NCBI GenBank assembly: GCA_963662265.2
Contig: CAXXHA010000014.1
Span: 1 to 64,000 of the forward strand
Direction of reading: 5' to 3'
DNA from: Spirochaetia bacterium
Lineage (GTDB): Bacteria > Spirochaetota > Spirochaetia > CADAEX01
Length of the DNA: 64,000 bases
Shown here: positions 8,831-18,019 of the stretch, in pieces
How the letters are laid out: the number at the start of each line of letters is the position of its first letter
Position numbering within the stretch: position 1 is the stretch's first letter
Notes under the pieces: model-generated
What the model was told of the DNA's origin: nothing
What the model saw: only the letters and a program-made list of their open reading frames with translations
Database searches by the model: none
Position numbers and translations under genes: made by a program

Positions 8831-10156
8831 TTATTCCTCAAATGCTTCTTTGAGAACTGTCTGCATTAGAAGAGCTGCTTCCTGCTGAGATTTAGTTGAT
8901 TGGACTTCCAGTTGATCAACAAGAATAAGAGCCTTTTTTATTCTCTCTACAGCTTTACAAGCTTCTTCATAGGGAGGTAAATAGAACTCTATGTCTCTGA
9001 TTGTACCCATTGATAGACTGGGTTGGGCTGTTGCTTTGATATGCTTAAAGAGTTCTTTCTGCCCCCTTGGTGACAAAAGAAAGTAGTTTAAGTACAAAAG
9101 GTTTATATAATCAAAGGCAAATGGATGACACTCAATCTTTGCGACATTAGGTGCAAGGTGCCATCTTTCGTTTTCATTGAAAAAGGCGACATCTCCAATA
9201 CCAGCTCCGATAAATGTAACAAGAAGAGCTTCTTTGGTTAAGGCACATCTTTCAAGCTGATATGATGTTTCACTATCTATATAAAGCAGATTTGTTTTAT
9301 CAATATCTATAGGTCGCACATTCTGTGCTCGAATTACAGGTATGTCACCAGTTTCAGAAAGATTAAAGTATTTAGTGTACTCAAATCCTGCTAATTTAGT
9401 TACGAATAAAACATCATCAATTTTAACCTTTTGCCAAGAAGGGGGAATTTCAAAATCATCAGGTAATGATTTTTGATTCTTGATTTTCTGAGCTTTTCTG
9501 ATCATCTTCTCTTTTACCAGACGCTCTTTTTCTGCTTTGATTCGGACCAGCAACTTTGATGCTGGTTCTATATCGTGATTCTCTTCACGCCACTTGGCAG
9601 TCAGTTTTCCAGAAATAGCATCCTGAAGGATTTGCTGCCGGAGTTTTTTCAGAACTATTTGCTGGAGTGAGATTTCGGAAGAGAGACTCCCTGTATATTT
9701 TTTCGTTTTCGTAAACAGACTAACCCATTCAAGTTGTTGCTCTGGTGACATTAGAGGAAACTCTACATTTTCAATTGCTTTTACTGACAGAGTTACATTT
9801 GCCATTCCTTTCATTTGAGAAACGAGTAGTTGTTCTTTGTAGATATCAAGGTAGTGATAAAGGAAGTTGGCATTTACTACTGATTGGTCTTCTGGTGTAA
9901 CTACTGCTAAGATAGAACCAACAGAAAATTTACCATCCTGATAATGAATTCTTTTTAGACTTGCGTGCCCGTGTCCTGTTGAAGAAACAACAGGTATAAT
10001 TACAGAAGGTTTATCAAAGTGATATTCATTATGCGAAAGTCTTTCTTCAGCAGTAGTCACAAGGGGGTAGTTCCCCTCTACTGCCTTTTTAATCCCAATT
10101 TTACCTTTGACCACTTTACAATAGTCACCGATTCTAACCATCATTATTGAGGACAT
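8831..10156 (-). CDS. hsdS: Type I RM specificity subunit
   Basis: Two TRDs with conserved helices LRQQILQDAISGKL and LLMQTVLKEAF; abuts hsdM. Confidence 0.92.
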   Translation of the reverse strand: MSSIMMVRIGDYCKVVKGKIGIKKAVEGNYPLVTTAEERLSHNEYHFDKPSVIIPVVSSTGHGHASLKRIHYQDGKFSVGSILAVVTPEDQSVVNANFLYHYLDIYKEQLLVSQMKGMANVTLSVKAIENVEFPLMSPEQQLEWVSLFTKTKKYTGSLSSEISLQQIVLKKLRQQILQDAISGKLTAKWREENHDIEPASKLLVRIKAEKERLVKEKMIRKAQKIKNQKSLPDDFEIPPSWQKVKIDDVLFVTKLAGFEYTKYFNLSETGDIPVIRAQNVRPIDIDKTNLLYIDSETSYQLERCALTKEALLVTFIGAGIGDVAFFNENERWHLAPNVAKIECHPFAFDYINLLYLNYFLLSPRGQKELFKHIKATAQPSLSMGTIRDIEFYLPPYEEACKAVERIKKALILVDQLEVQSTKSQQEAALLMQTVLKEAFEE

Positions 10157-11578
10157 TTACAATAGCTCCTCTTTCAATTTGGATAGAAGCTCATCGCTTT
10201 TCTGAAATGAGTTATGAAGCAAATTTAGTAATTCCGCAGAGCTATGTTCAAGCTCCTCTTCCTCTTTATTAGGATTCTTTATATCCAGATCCCAGCCACG
10301 TCCTACAATCGTATCAATTGATACCTTCCAAGCAAGTTCTGACTCTTCGCGGTTGTTCCACCATTCCTTTATAGGATTGAACTCGTCAATTCTGATTGGC
10401 TTTGTTTTACTATATGATTTCTGACCTTCAGGTAGTTTGTGTTCGTAGTACCAAATCTCTTTGGTCGGTTCTCCTTTGGTAAAGAAAAGCAGATTGGTTG
10501 CTACTGTTGCATAAGGAGAGAATACTGAATTGGGTAGTCGGATTATGGTGTGTAGATTACAATCGGTTAACCATTTCTCACGGATTCGCTGTTTTACACC
10601 TTCCCCAGTCAGTGAACCATCAGGAAGAACGATAGCAGCTCTTCCCCCTTGTTTTAGAAGATGAACCATTAAGATTAAGAAGAGATCAGCTGATTCTTTT
10701 GTTCTAAAGTTTTGAGGGAAATTCCCTTCATTCCCATTTGCGACAACACCACCAAATGGAGGATTCGCAAGGATAGCATCGACTCTATCCCGTTCTCTAT
10801 ATTCGTTATATGGTTTAGAAAGAGTATCATCAAATGTTAGATTAGGTATTTCTATATCATGGAGTATCAGATTTGTTGTTGCAAGGAGATATGGAAGAGG
10901 TTTATATTCCCATCCAACTACATTATTCTGAATTATTTCACGATCTTTAGGTGTTTTTACCTGTTTTTTTAAATGTTCGATAGCACATGTGAGAAATCCT
11001 CCAGTACCACAAGCAGGATCAAGTAACTTCTCTCCTAACTGAATATCCATAATATCACTCATAAACTGTGTTACAGCCCTGGGAGTATAAAACTCTCCGG
11101 ATTTCCCAGCACTTTGAAGCTCTTTAAGCATCCCTTCATAAATATCACCAAAATGATGTCTATCTTCTGATATGTTAAAATCAATTTCATTAAATTTGTT
11201 TAGAACTTTACGAAGACAAATTCCTGATTTCATATAGTTGTGGTTTCCTTCAAACACTTCTCTTAGAATAAGTGCTCTTTGGTTCCCTGTTACATCTATA
11301 TCACGAAGTCCTGGAAAAAGTTTATTATCTACAAAATTAAGAAGTTCTTCTCCTGTCATACCTTCATCATTTCCTGCCCAATTATTCCAGTGGTATTCAT
11401 CAGGAAGAGAAGATGTGTAATTTTCTTCCATCATCTCAAGTTCATCTTCTTTATCTGAGAATATTTTTAAGAAGATCATCCATCCAAGCTGTTCAATACG
11501 CTGGGCATCTCCATTTAGCCCTGTATCTTCCCACATAATTTGTCGGATAGATTTCATCCATCCTGAAAAGTTGACCAT
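10157..11578 (-). CDS. hsdM: Type I RM N6-adenine methyltransferase
   Basis: GEFYTPR, DPACGTGGFL, NPPF motifs. Confidence 0.95.
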   Translation of the reverse strand: MVNFSGWMKSIRQIMWEDTGLNGDAQRIEQLGWMIFLKIFSDKEDELEMMEENYTSSLPDEYHWNNWAGNDEGMTGEELLNFVDNKLFPGLRDIDVTGNQRALILREVFEGNHNYMKSGICLRKVLNKFNEIDFNISEDRHHFGDIYEGMLKELQSAGKSGEFYTPRAVTQFMSDIMDIQLGEKLLDPACGTGGFLTCAIEHLKKQVKTPKDREIIQNNVVGWEYKPLPYLLATTNLILHDIEIPNLTFDDTLSKPYNEYRERDRVDAILANPPFGGVVANGNEGNFPQNFRTKESADLFLILMVHLLKQGGRAAIVLPDGSLTGEGVKQRIREKWLTDCNLHTIIRLPNSVFSPYATVATNLLFFTKGEPTKEIWYYEHKLPEGQKSYSKTKPIRIDEFNPIKEWWNNREESELAWKVSIDTIVGRGWDLDIKNPNKEEEELEHSSAELLNLLHNSFQKSDELLSKLKEELL

Positions 11579-14032
11579 TTAATTTGCTTCCTTATATAAT
11601 TCCTGTTCAAGTTCTCGAACTGCTTCCAGGTAATTGTATTTATTTTTAAAACTTTTGTTAATTATTTCCATTGGAGATCCAAACTCATTGAAAGGGTGAA
11701 TTTTTAACACTTTCATATCTTCAATTGCTCGTATATCCTCATCAGCATACTTATCAAGTAGAGCTTCTAATACTGAACGAGCAGAATCTCCATATTTAGT
11801 GAAGTAGTTTCTCTTTTTTACGTTTTCAGCTCTTTCTCTTCTCGTTAGAGGAGGCATATCATAGGCTGTATGACAGATTATATCAAATAAGTCACATTCT
11901 CTTCCAACAGCATTTAATAATTCCTCAACAAGAACACCTTTATCCTCTAATTCCAGAATTATAGCTTCTTTTTTTTCTGCTTCATTCCACTTATTAAGAA
12001 AATCATTCAAATCTCTATAATTTCTGGTTATTTGTTCTTTTGTATAATCCTTCAAACTTACTGTAATTGGCTTTCCATCACTATCAAAATACATATTTCT
12101 TTCATTTAGAATTGAAACTTCAACACCGTTTACATAGATTTTTTCACGAGGTTCTCCTGTGGTATCGTCATCATCTGGAGTACCATCAGGTTCCGGGAAT
12201 TCTATTTCTTCTCCTGTCACTTCATCAATAATTGGCTCATCATTTTCTGTTTCTTCATCTTCAATATCTCCAAGATCATCATCTTCTCCAGGGTGATAGA
12301 TTGAAACAGGATCTCCATCAAAGTCAGGATCTGCAAAAAGGTCTGTTACATTTCTAAAATCAAGTATTGTAAAATGGGTTTTTCCATATTCTTCATCAAT
12401 ACGAGTTCCTCTTCCTATAATTTGCTTAAACTCTGTCATTGACTTAATATTGCTATCAAGAACTATAAGTTTACAGGTTTTTGCATCTACTCCAGTTGTC
12501 ATAAGTTTACTTGTAGTTGCAATAACTGGATAAGGTTCTTCTGGATTTATAAAGTTATCAAGTTCTCTTTTACCTTCTTCATCATCACCAGTAATTTTCA
12601 TTATATATTTATAATTATCTTTGACCAAATCTGCATTTTGATTAGAGAGTTTTGTTCGCATTCCATTTGCATGTTCAATATCGACACAGAAGACAATTGT
12701 TTTAGAAAATCTGTCAGTACCCTTGAGAAACTCAGTAATCTTTTGAGATACCAATTCTCTTCTTTCATCAAAGACAATATTCGTATCAAAATCTTTACGA
12801 TTATAAATTCTATCTTCAACAGGATTACCATTTTTATCAAGTGTTCCTTTTGGAGGTCGCCATCCTTCAAGATCCACATTAAGACCAACACGGACTACTC
12901 GGTAAGGTGCAAGAAATCCATCACTTATACCCTGTTTGAGAGAGTATGTATAAACTGGATCTCCAAAATAATCGATATTTGAAACATCTTTTGTTTCTTT
13001 TGGTGTTGCGGTAAGACCAATATGAGTTGCAGATGAGAAATATCTTAGTATTTCTCTCCATGCACTATCTTCTGCTGCACTTCCTCGATGACACTCATCT
13101 ATGACAATAAGATCAAAGAAGTCTGGTGAAAAATCTTTATATGCATCTTCTACTTCACCACTATTAGTTAATCCTTGATATAAACCTAAGAAGACTTCAT
13201 ATGCTTTATCTGAGCTGTCAATTCCTCTTTTATTATTTGATACAAGCTCATCAGAACCATCTGCATTATTTACAATTTTCTTTTTAATAATTGTCATGCT
13301 CTCTTTGAAGTGTTTGAAATCGCCTCTTCGTGTTTGATCTATGAGAGCTGTTCTATCTGCAAGGAAAAGTATTCTTTTCTTAGTTCCACTTTTCCATAAT
13401 CTGTGGATTATTTGAAAAGCGGTATAAGTTTTTCCAGTCCCAGTAGCCATAACAAGTAAAATACGGTTTTGTCCTTTTGCGATTGCTTCAATTGCTCTGT
13501 TTATTGCATTTTGCTGATAGTATCGTGGTGTCCTACCAGATCCATCCAAGAAATAATCCTGTTCAACTACTTTCCTTTGTTCAGGAGTTGTAATTCCCTT
13601 GTAATGGCAGTATTTTTCCCATAATTCGTCAGGATTAGGAAAATTTTCTAGATTAAGTTCTTCTTCAATTTTCTCATTAGAAGTTTTGTCATGAAAAAGA
13701 AATCCATCACCATTTGATGAAAATACAAATGGTATATCAAGGATTTCAGAGTATTCAAGAGCTTGCTGCATTCCAGCTCCGAGAGCATGTTTATTATCTT
13801 TTGCTTCAATAATTGCTATAGGAAGATTTGTTTTATAATATAGAATGTAATCAGCTCTTTTTCTTTTTCCTCTCATTGACATGTTGCCACGAACATATAT
13901 ACGTCCATCAGTAAAAGAGACTTCTTCTCTTACCTGTTTTTGGATGTTCCACCCGGATTTTTGAAGGGCAGGTGTAATAAACTTTGTACAGATATCTCGT
14001 TCAGATAATTCTTTTTTACTTATTGTTGTCAT
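11579..14032 (-). CDS. hsdR: Type I RM restriction subunit (EcoAI/EcoEI-like)
   Basis: ADY..IEAK nuclease motif, MATGTGKT, DECHRG, TATP, QIIGRGTR helicase motifs. Confidence 0.95.
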   Translation of the reverse strand: MTTISKKELSERDICTKFITPALQKSGWNIQKQVREEVSFTDGRIYVRGNMSMRGKRKRADYILYYKTNLPIAIIEAKDNKHALGAGMQQALEYSEILDIPFVFSSNGDGFLFHDKTSNEKIEEELNLENFPNPDELWEKYCHYKGITTPEQRKVVEQDYFLDGSGRTPRYYQQNAINRAIEAIAKGQNRILLVMATGTGKTYTAFQIIHRLWKSGTKKRILFLADRTALIDQTRRGDFKHFKESMTIIKKKIVNNADGSDELVSNNKRGIDSSDKAYEVFLGLYQGLTNSGEVEDAYKDFSPDFFDLIVIDECHRGSAAEDSAWREILRYFSSATHIGLTATPKETKDVSNIDYFGDPVYTYSLKQGISDGFLAPYRVVRVGLNVDLEGWRPPKGTLDKNGNPVEDRIYNRKDFDTNIVFDERRELVSQKITEFLKGTDRFSKTIVFCVDIEHANGMRTKLSNQNADLVKDNYKYIMKITGDDEEGKRELDNFINPEEPYPVIATTSKLMTTGVDAKTCKLIVLDSNIKSMTEFKQIIGRGTRIDEEYGKTHFTILDFRNVTDLFADPDFDGDPVSIYHPGEDDDLGDIEDEETENDEPIIDEVTGEEIEFPEPDGTPDDDDTTGEPREKIYVNGVEVSILNERNMYFDSDGKPITVSLKDYTKEQITRNYRDLNDFLNKWNEAEKKEAIILELEDKGVLVEELLNAVGRECDLFDIICHTAYDMPPLTRRERAENVKKRNYFTKYGDSARSVLEALLDKYADEDIRAIEDMKVLKIHPFNEFGSPMEIINKSFKNKYNYLEAVRELEQELYKEAN

Positions 14033-14341
14033 AATGAGTCTCCATTTTCACTGAAATGTACTTTTGTTCATTAAGAGTATATCAGGTAACTGATATTAAT
14101 TCATTTAATTTTGTGGTATATAATTATGAGATTTGAATGTGGAAGAATTTCGTAATTCAAGGAGTTATTTCTTTCTTGAATAGAATAGCGAAAAATTACC
14201 ATCTTACAAGATTTCATAGTGTGTGCCAGGACTCAAAAAGATTAAATACATGACTTTTTGCTTAATTTAGGCGATAATCAGTAAAGGATTATGTGAGATT
14301 TCATGCATAATATCATTATTTTTACCCTTTGGAGTATCATT

Positions 14342-14650
14342 TTGGATAAATTTTGGAAATCTGCATTAGCAGTCGGTGGAGTTAGTGCAATTGGAGCATT
14401 TATATTTTTAGGTTTATATAAAGAATGGCTCAAACTTGCGATTTTCAACGAACTGAGCGGTGATCAGACTTATGTATTAATGATCATTTTCCTTGTGCTT
14501 ACATTTTGCAGTTTGATAGCTTTTATATTCGCTTTCATAAAATCGAAGCAAGATCCAAAGCCTTCGATTGAACAAAACATTTCGGGCAAAGGTATCGGAG
14601 TTATTAGTACTGGTGACTCAGCGAAGATTAAAATCAACAAGAAGAAATAA
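14342..14650 (+). CDS. Small 2-TM membrane protein with C-terminal motif shared with downstream LmuA-like protein (putative effector)
   Basis: Two hydrophobic segments (SALAVGGVSAIGAFIFLGLY; YVLMIIFLVLTFCSLIAFIFAFI); GGAG at 14331-14334 favours TTG 14342 over ATG 14303; tail SIEQNISGKGIGVISTGDSAKIKIN. Confidence 0.8.
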   Translation: MDKFWKSALAVGGVSAIGAFIFLGLYKEWLKLAIFNELSGDQTYVLMIIFLVLTFCSLIAFIFAFIKSKQDPKPSIEQNISGKGIGVISTGDSAKIKINKKK

Positions 14651-14655
14651 AGAAT

Positions 14656-15246
14656 ATGGCAGATGGAATAAAACAGGATTTAAGTGATGAAAGTATTGGT
14701 GCTATCAGCACTGGTGATTATAGTCCAATAACAATTAATGTAACCAATAATAAATCTGAAATTGATAGCTTGCTTAAACCCCTTTTAATAGAAATGGTAG
14801 ATAGTGTAAAAACTTCATATCGTAACCGAGCAACAGAACTTCCTCCAGATATTGAAGAAAAAATCGACTATAACAGAGTAAAAGTATTTAAGGATGATCT
14901 TCGTGATGCGATAAATTATGTTATTATCATCGATGAAATGATTGAGAATCTGAACCATGAGGATGAAGATGCCGCCGATTCAATTCTTTGGAGTATTAAT
15001 CAACGTTATAGAGACATTAAAAAAGAGTTATTTCTTGAACATAAAATAGACCCCTCAGATCATAAACAAGTTATTAAATGTATAAATTCTCATGCTGATA
15101 TAATTATCAACGCTGTAAAAGATTCAATTGAAAGTGACATTCCTTCAGTTGAAGGAAAGAAGATTGAAATCGTGCGTTTCTGTATTTTACTAATTGTTTG
15201 TTATGGCTTCATTACATGCAATATTCTGGAGCGACCAATTTCATGA
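14656..15246 (+). CDS. ABC-3C/Lamassu LmuA-like protein: short N-terminal motif plus CTD, no catalytic effector domain
   Basis: PPDIEEKIDYNRV and LIVCYGFITCNILERP resemble ABC-3C CTDs; first gene of a CTD-MC-ABC triad. Confidence 0.8.
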   Translation: MADGIKQDLSDESIGAISTGDYSPITINVTNNKSEIDSLLKPLLIEMVDSVKTSYRNRATELPPDIEEKIDYNRVKVFKDDLRDAINYVIIIDEMIENLNHEDEDAADSILWSINQRYRDIKKELFLEHKIDPSDHKQVIKCINSHADIIINAVKDSIESDIPSVEGKKIEIVRFCILLIVCYGFITCNILERPIS

Positions 15247-15470
15247 TAAAACCAACATTAAACAATATATCAGGTTCTCTTTACTGTGTAGGTGCATTTG
15301 TTCTTTCTGTGTTGAATGAAAAAGACAATATTTCTTTGGAAGAGCTATATGAGCTGTATAAGGAAAGGCATGGGTACATCTCATTGAATGTATTGCAGTT
15401 GGCAATTACATGGTTATATGTAATTGATTCCTGTTATTTGGCTGAGGATGGGTTAATAAAATGCTCTTAG
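15243..15470 (+). CDS. ABC-3C middle component (LmuC-like)
   Basis: 75 aa MIKPT...SLYCVGAFVL...LEELY...LAITWLYVID; ATGA overlap with upstream gene and overlap with ATPase. Confidence 0.8.
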   Translation: MIKPTLNNISGSLYCVGAFVLSVLNEKDNISLEELYELYKERHGYISLNVLQLAITWLYVIDSCYLAEDGLIKCS

Positions 15471-17158
15471 ATCGTTTAGTCGTACTCCATAACGGTGTAT
15501 CACTTAGGGAAATTACATTCCATGAAAATCTTACAATTATTACAAGTCGGGAGTTAGAAGGAAACAAGATTGGGAAAAGTACTGTCTTGAGGGTTATCAA
15601 TTTTTGTTTAGGATCAGATGGAAAGTCTATATGGTTAGATCCTATAAAAAAAGAGGAAAATGTTGAAGTAAAGTCGTTTGTTCTTACTGAAAATGTTGAT
15701 TTCATTCTATTTCTGAAAAGAGGCAAAGAAAGAATCGAATTAAAACGTTCTTTTGTTATTAGTGAAACGAAAAATGGACCACGTATTAAGCGTCAAGGGT
15801 GGATAAATGGGGAACCATTTCATGGCAATAAAAAATACACAACACATTTGAGTGAATTGATAGGCCATCTATCAGATAAGCCTTCTTATCGACAGTTAAA
15901 GAACCGAGTAATAAAAATAGATAATGGTGAAGAGTATAATTCCCTAAAATATTTAAATTTTGGAACGTCTGATGATGTTTATAGGCTTATTTATTCATCT
16001 CTTTTTGATTTTTCTGGTATTAGTAAAGTAAGATCAGAAATTGATATCAAAGCTGAGATTGAATCTTGCAAAGACCGTAGAAATGCAATACTGGACGGGC
16101 AAAAATATATAGATTACAAAAAAAAGCTTGATGAAATTGATCTAGCTCTTGCAGAATTATACGATGCTGAAAGTAAATTTGACATAAAGAACCCTCATTT
16201 ACGAGAGATGGAAGCACTAAAGATAATTAGAGGTGAGATTGTTCAGGAAAGTAATAAGATTTCGGCGATTGATATAAAACTTGACTATAATCATAGGTCA
16301 ATAGAACGATATAAAAATCAAAAAAGTGATCTTGATGTCTCTTTAGTTGAAAATATGTACCAAGAAGCGAAAAGCATTATACCTGGTCTACAAAAAAGTC
16401 TTGAAGATGTCATTAGCTTTTACAATAGCTTTCAAGATAATAAAATCAATTATCTACTAAAATTGCAGAAGGACATTGAATCTGAGAGGACTGTAATACA
16501 AGCCTCTTTAGAATCAAAGTTAGACACCGAAAAGGGATTATTTAAAACTCTTAGTGATCAAGGATATCTTACTGATTTTATTGTCTTGGAAAAAGAGATT
16601 CAGAGTAAAAAGGAAGAACGAGGTAAGATCCTATATGTAATAAATGAAGTCCAATATATCAATGGTGAAGTGAAAAGATTAGAAGGCGAATTAGAAAGTG
16701 TTCTATCCTCAATAAGTGAAAATAAAGATGATTTTTCAGATAATGTTGCATTATTCAATACATATTTTGAAGAGTTTTCTAAATCAATTTTTAAGGATTA
16801 TACAAATAGTCTTGGGTATGATGTGGATGAAAGTAATGACATAACATTCTATATTAAGAATGGAGAGAAAAATACTGGTGAAGGAAATCCGAGAGCAGAA
16901 TCTATGATATTTGATATTGCATTTGTCAAATATCTTATGGAGAAAGGGAAAAAGTTCTTCTACTTTTCCATTCAAGATAGTCTTGAAGCCATTGATGAAG
17001 AAAAACTGAAAACCATTTTTAATAAAGTGATTAAACACAATATTCAAGTCGTAATCAGTATACTCAGAGATAAAATATCAGATGCTCTTGACGATGAATT
17101 AAAGGACCATATCAAATTAGAGTTGAGTCCAGATAGTAAATTCTTCAAGTTACCTTAA
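15461..17158 (+). CDS. SMC/Rad50-like ABC ATPase (DUF2326-type, short LmuB-like)
   Basis: Walker A-like GNKIGKST, long coiled coil, signature-like TGEG and Walker B-like FSIQDS; 565 aa. Confidence 0.85.
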   Translation: MLLDRLVVLHNGVSLREITFHENLTIITSRELEGNKIGKSTVLRVINFCLGSDGKSIWLDPIKKEENVEVKSFVLTENVDFILFLKRGKERIELKRSFVISETKNGPRIKRQGWINGEPFHGNKKYTTHLSELIGHLSDKPSYRQLKNRVIKIDNGEEYNSLKYLNFGTSDDVYRLIYSSLFDFSGISKVRSEIDIKAEIESCKDRRNAILDGQKYIDYKKKLDEIDLALAELYDAESKFDIKNPHLREMEALKIIRGEIVQESNKISAIDIKLDYNHRSIERYKNQKSDLDVSLVENMYQEAKSIIPGLQKSLEDVISFYNSFQDNKINYLLKLQKDIESERTVIQASLESKLDTEKGLFKTLSDQGYLTDFIVLEKEIQSKKEERGKILYVINEVQYINGEVKRLEGELESVLSSISENKDDFSDNVALFNTYFEEFSKSIFKDYTNSLGYDVDESNDITFYIKNGEKNTGEGNPRAESMIFDIAFVKYLMEKGKKFFYFSIQDSLEAIDEEKLKTIFNKVIKHNIQVVISILRDKISDALDDELKDHIKLELSPDSKFFKLP

Positions 17159-17961
17159 TTCTGGTTCTACCGAGAGTGTAGAATAGCGAAAGATTTCCGC
17201 ATTCAATTTATACGGGGATTTCTGCTGTGCCTACCATTATAGACAACAATATCTTATTTTAATGGATACATAACAGGAAAAAACTACATAATCCTATTTA
17301 TGTAGTATAACGGTTCGAGTCCATATTTTTTACTGTGGAAAACTATCGGAACCTCTAAATGTAAGTGGGTGAATCTGGGAGTAAGGTTATGCTTCAGTTA
17401 TTTGTAATATTTATTGAAAAATTCTTAGTAAAATAAGAAAAAGGGAGTGATTTTCTTTTATTATTTTTTATCAGTAATATCATTACTATGAAGATACATA
17501 TCCCTTAATTCAAAGAAATCATTACTTCTGTCATAGTCATTTCGATCAAACAATCCAATTCATCTTAATTCTTTTGAATACCCCATTATACTTTTGTATT
17601 AATAATTCTAGATTATTTTCAACTATTATTCGTAATAATTTTTCATATCTGCTGCACATTATCATTACTTTTTTGTTTCAGTTGTCAACACCGCTCTAAA
17701 ACTGCAGTTTAGCACCGTCGCTCACACAGTTTAATAAATGTATGATTCATAATAAGGTTTCAATAAGCCCTTCCGAAAGATCATATTAATTTTTTTCTTA
17801 CGTTATGCAAAGGATGGTCAGCAAGTATGGTCAAAAATTAGATATTTTAGATAAAAACTGCTAAAATCAGCTATAATGACTTTGACACGAAAATTGTTAA
17901 AGTCTTATAATACAATAAAATAGATCATTAAAGATCATATTGGATAAAGTGTCGGGGCGTT

Positions 17962-17981
17962 TTCAAGTCCCTTCGCCACTA
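17962..17981 (+). repeat. tRNA 3'-end fragment (att site of the integrated element)
   Basis: TTCAAGT T-loop + CCCTT T-stem half + CGCCACT acceptor half + A, with no tRNA 5' half upstream. Confidence 0.7.
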
Positions 17982-17984
17982 TAG

Positions 17985-18010
17985 ACCCGGTCAATAGGCC
18001 GGGTTTTTTT
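17985..18010 (+). terminator. Intrinsic terminator after att/tRNA fragment
   Basis: ACCCGGTC-AATA-GGCCGGGT followed by T-run. Confidence 0.85.
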
Positions 18011-18019
18011 GTGTCTGAA

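Larger units (their letters stand above)
1..17981. mobile_element. Integrative element (phage-satellite/IME-like) carrying defence cargo; left end lies outside the window
   Basis: Tyrosine integrase at left, xis-like HTH, divergent XRE repressor, replication initiator, RM and ABC-3C cargo; right boundary is a tRNA 3'-end fragment plus terminator at 17962-18010. Confidence 0.8.

Noticed and set aside
12160-12300. Very acidic stretch in HsdR as a DNA-mimic insertion
   Set aside because: Acidic low-complexity linkers before the C-terminal domain are usual in EcoAI/EcoEI-like HsdR
14564-14739. Shared motif as a recent tandem DNA duplication or assembly artefact
   Set aside because: Synonymous positions are almost fully diverged while the amino acids are kept
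14303-15246. Single frameshifted TM-LmuA fusion gene
   Set aside because: Upstream ORF ends cleanly with KKK-stop, downstream ORF has its own ATG 5 nt later, and each carries its own motif copy; cannot be fully excluded without homologues
17900-17981. Complete tRNA gene
   Set aside because: No D-arm, anticodon arm or pairing 5' T-stem upstream of the T-loop; only the 3' fragment is present
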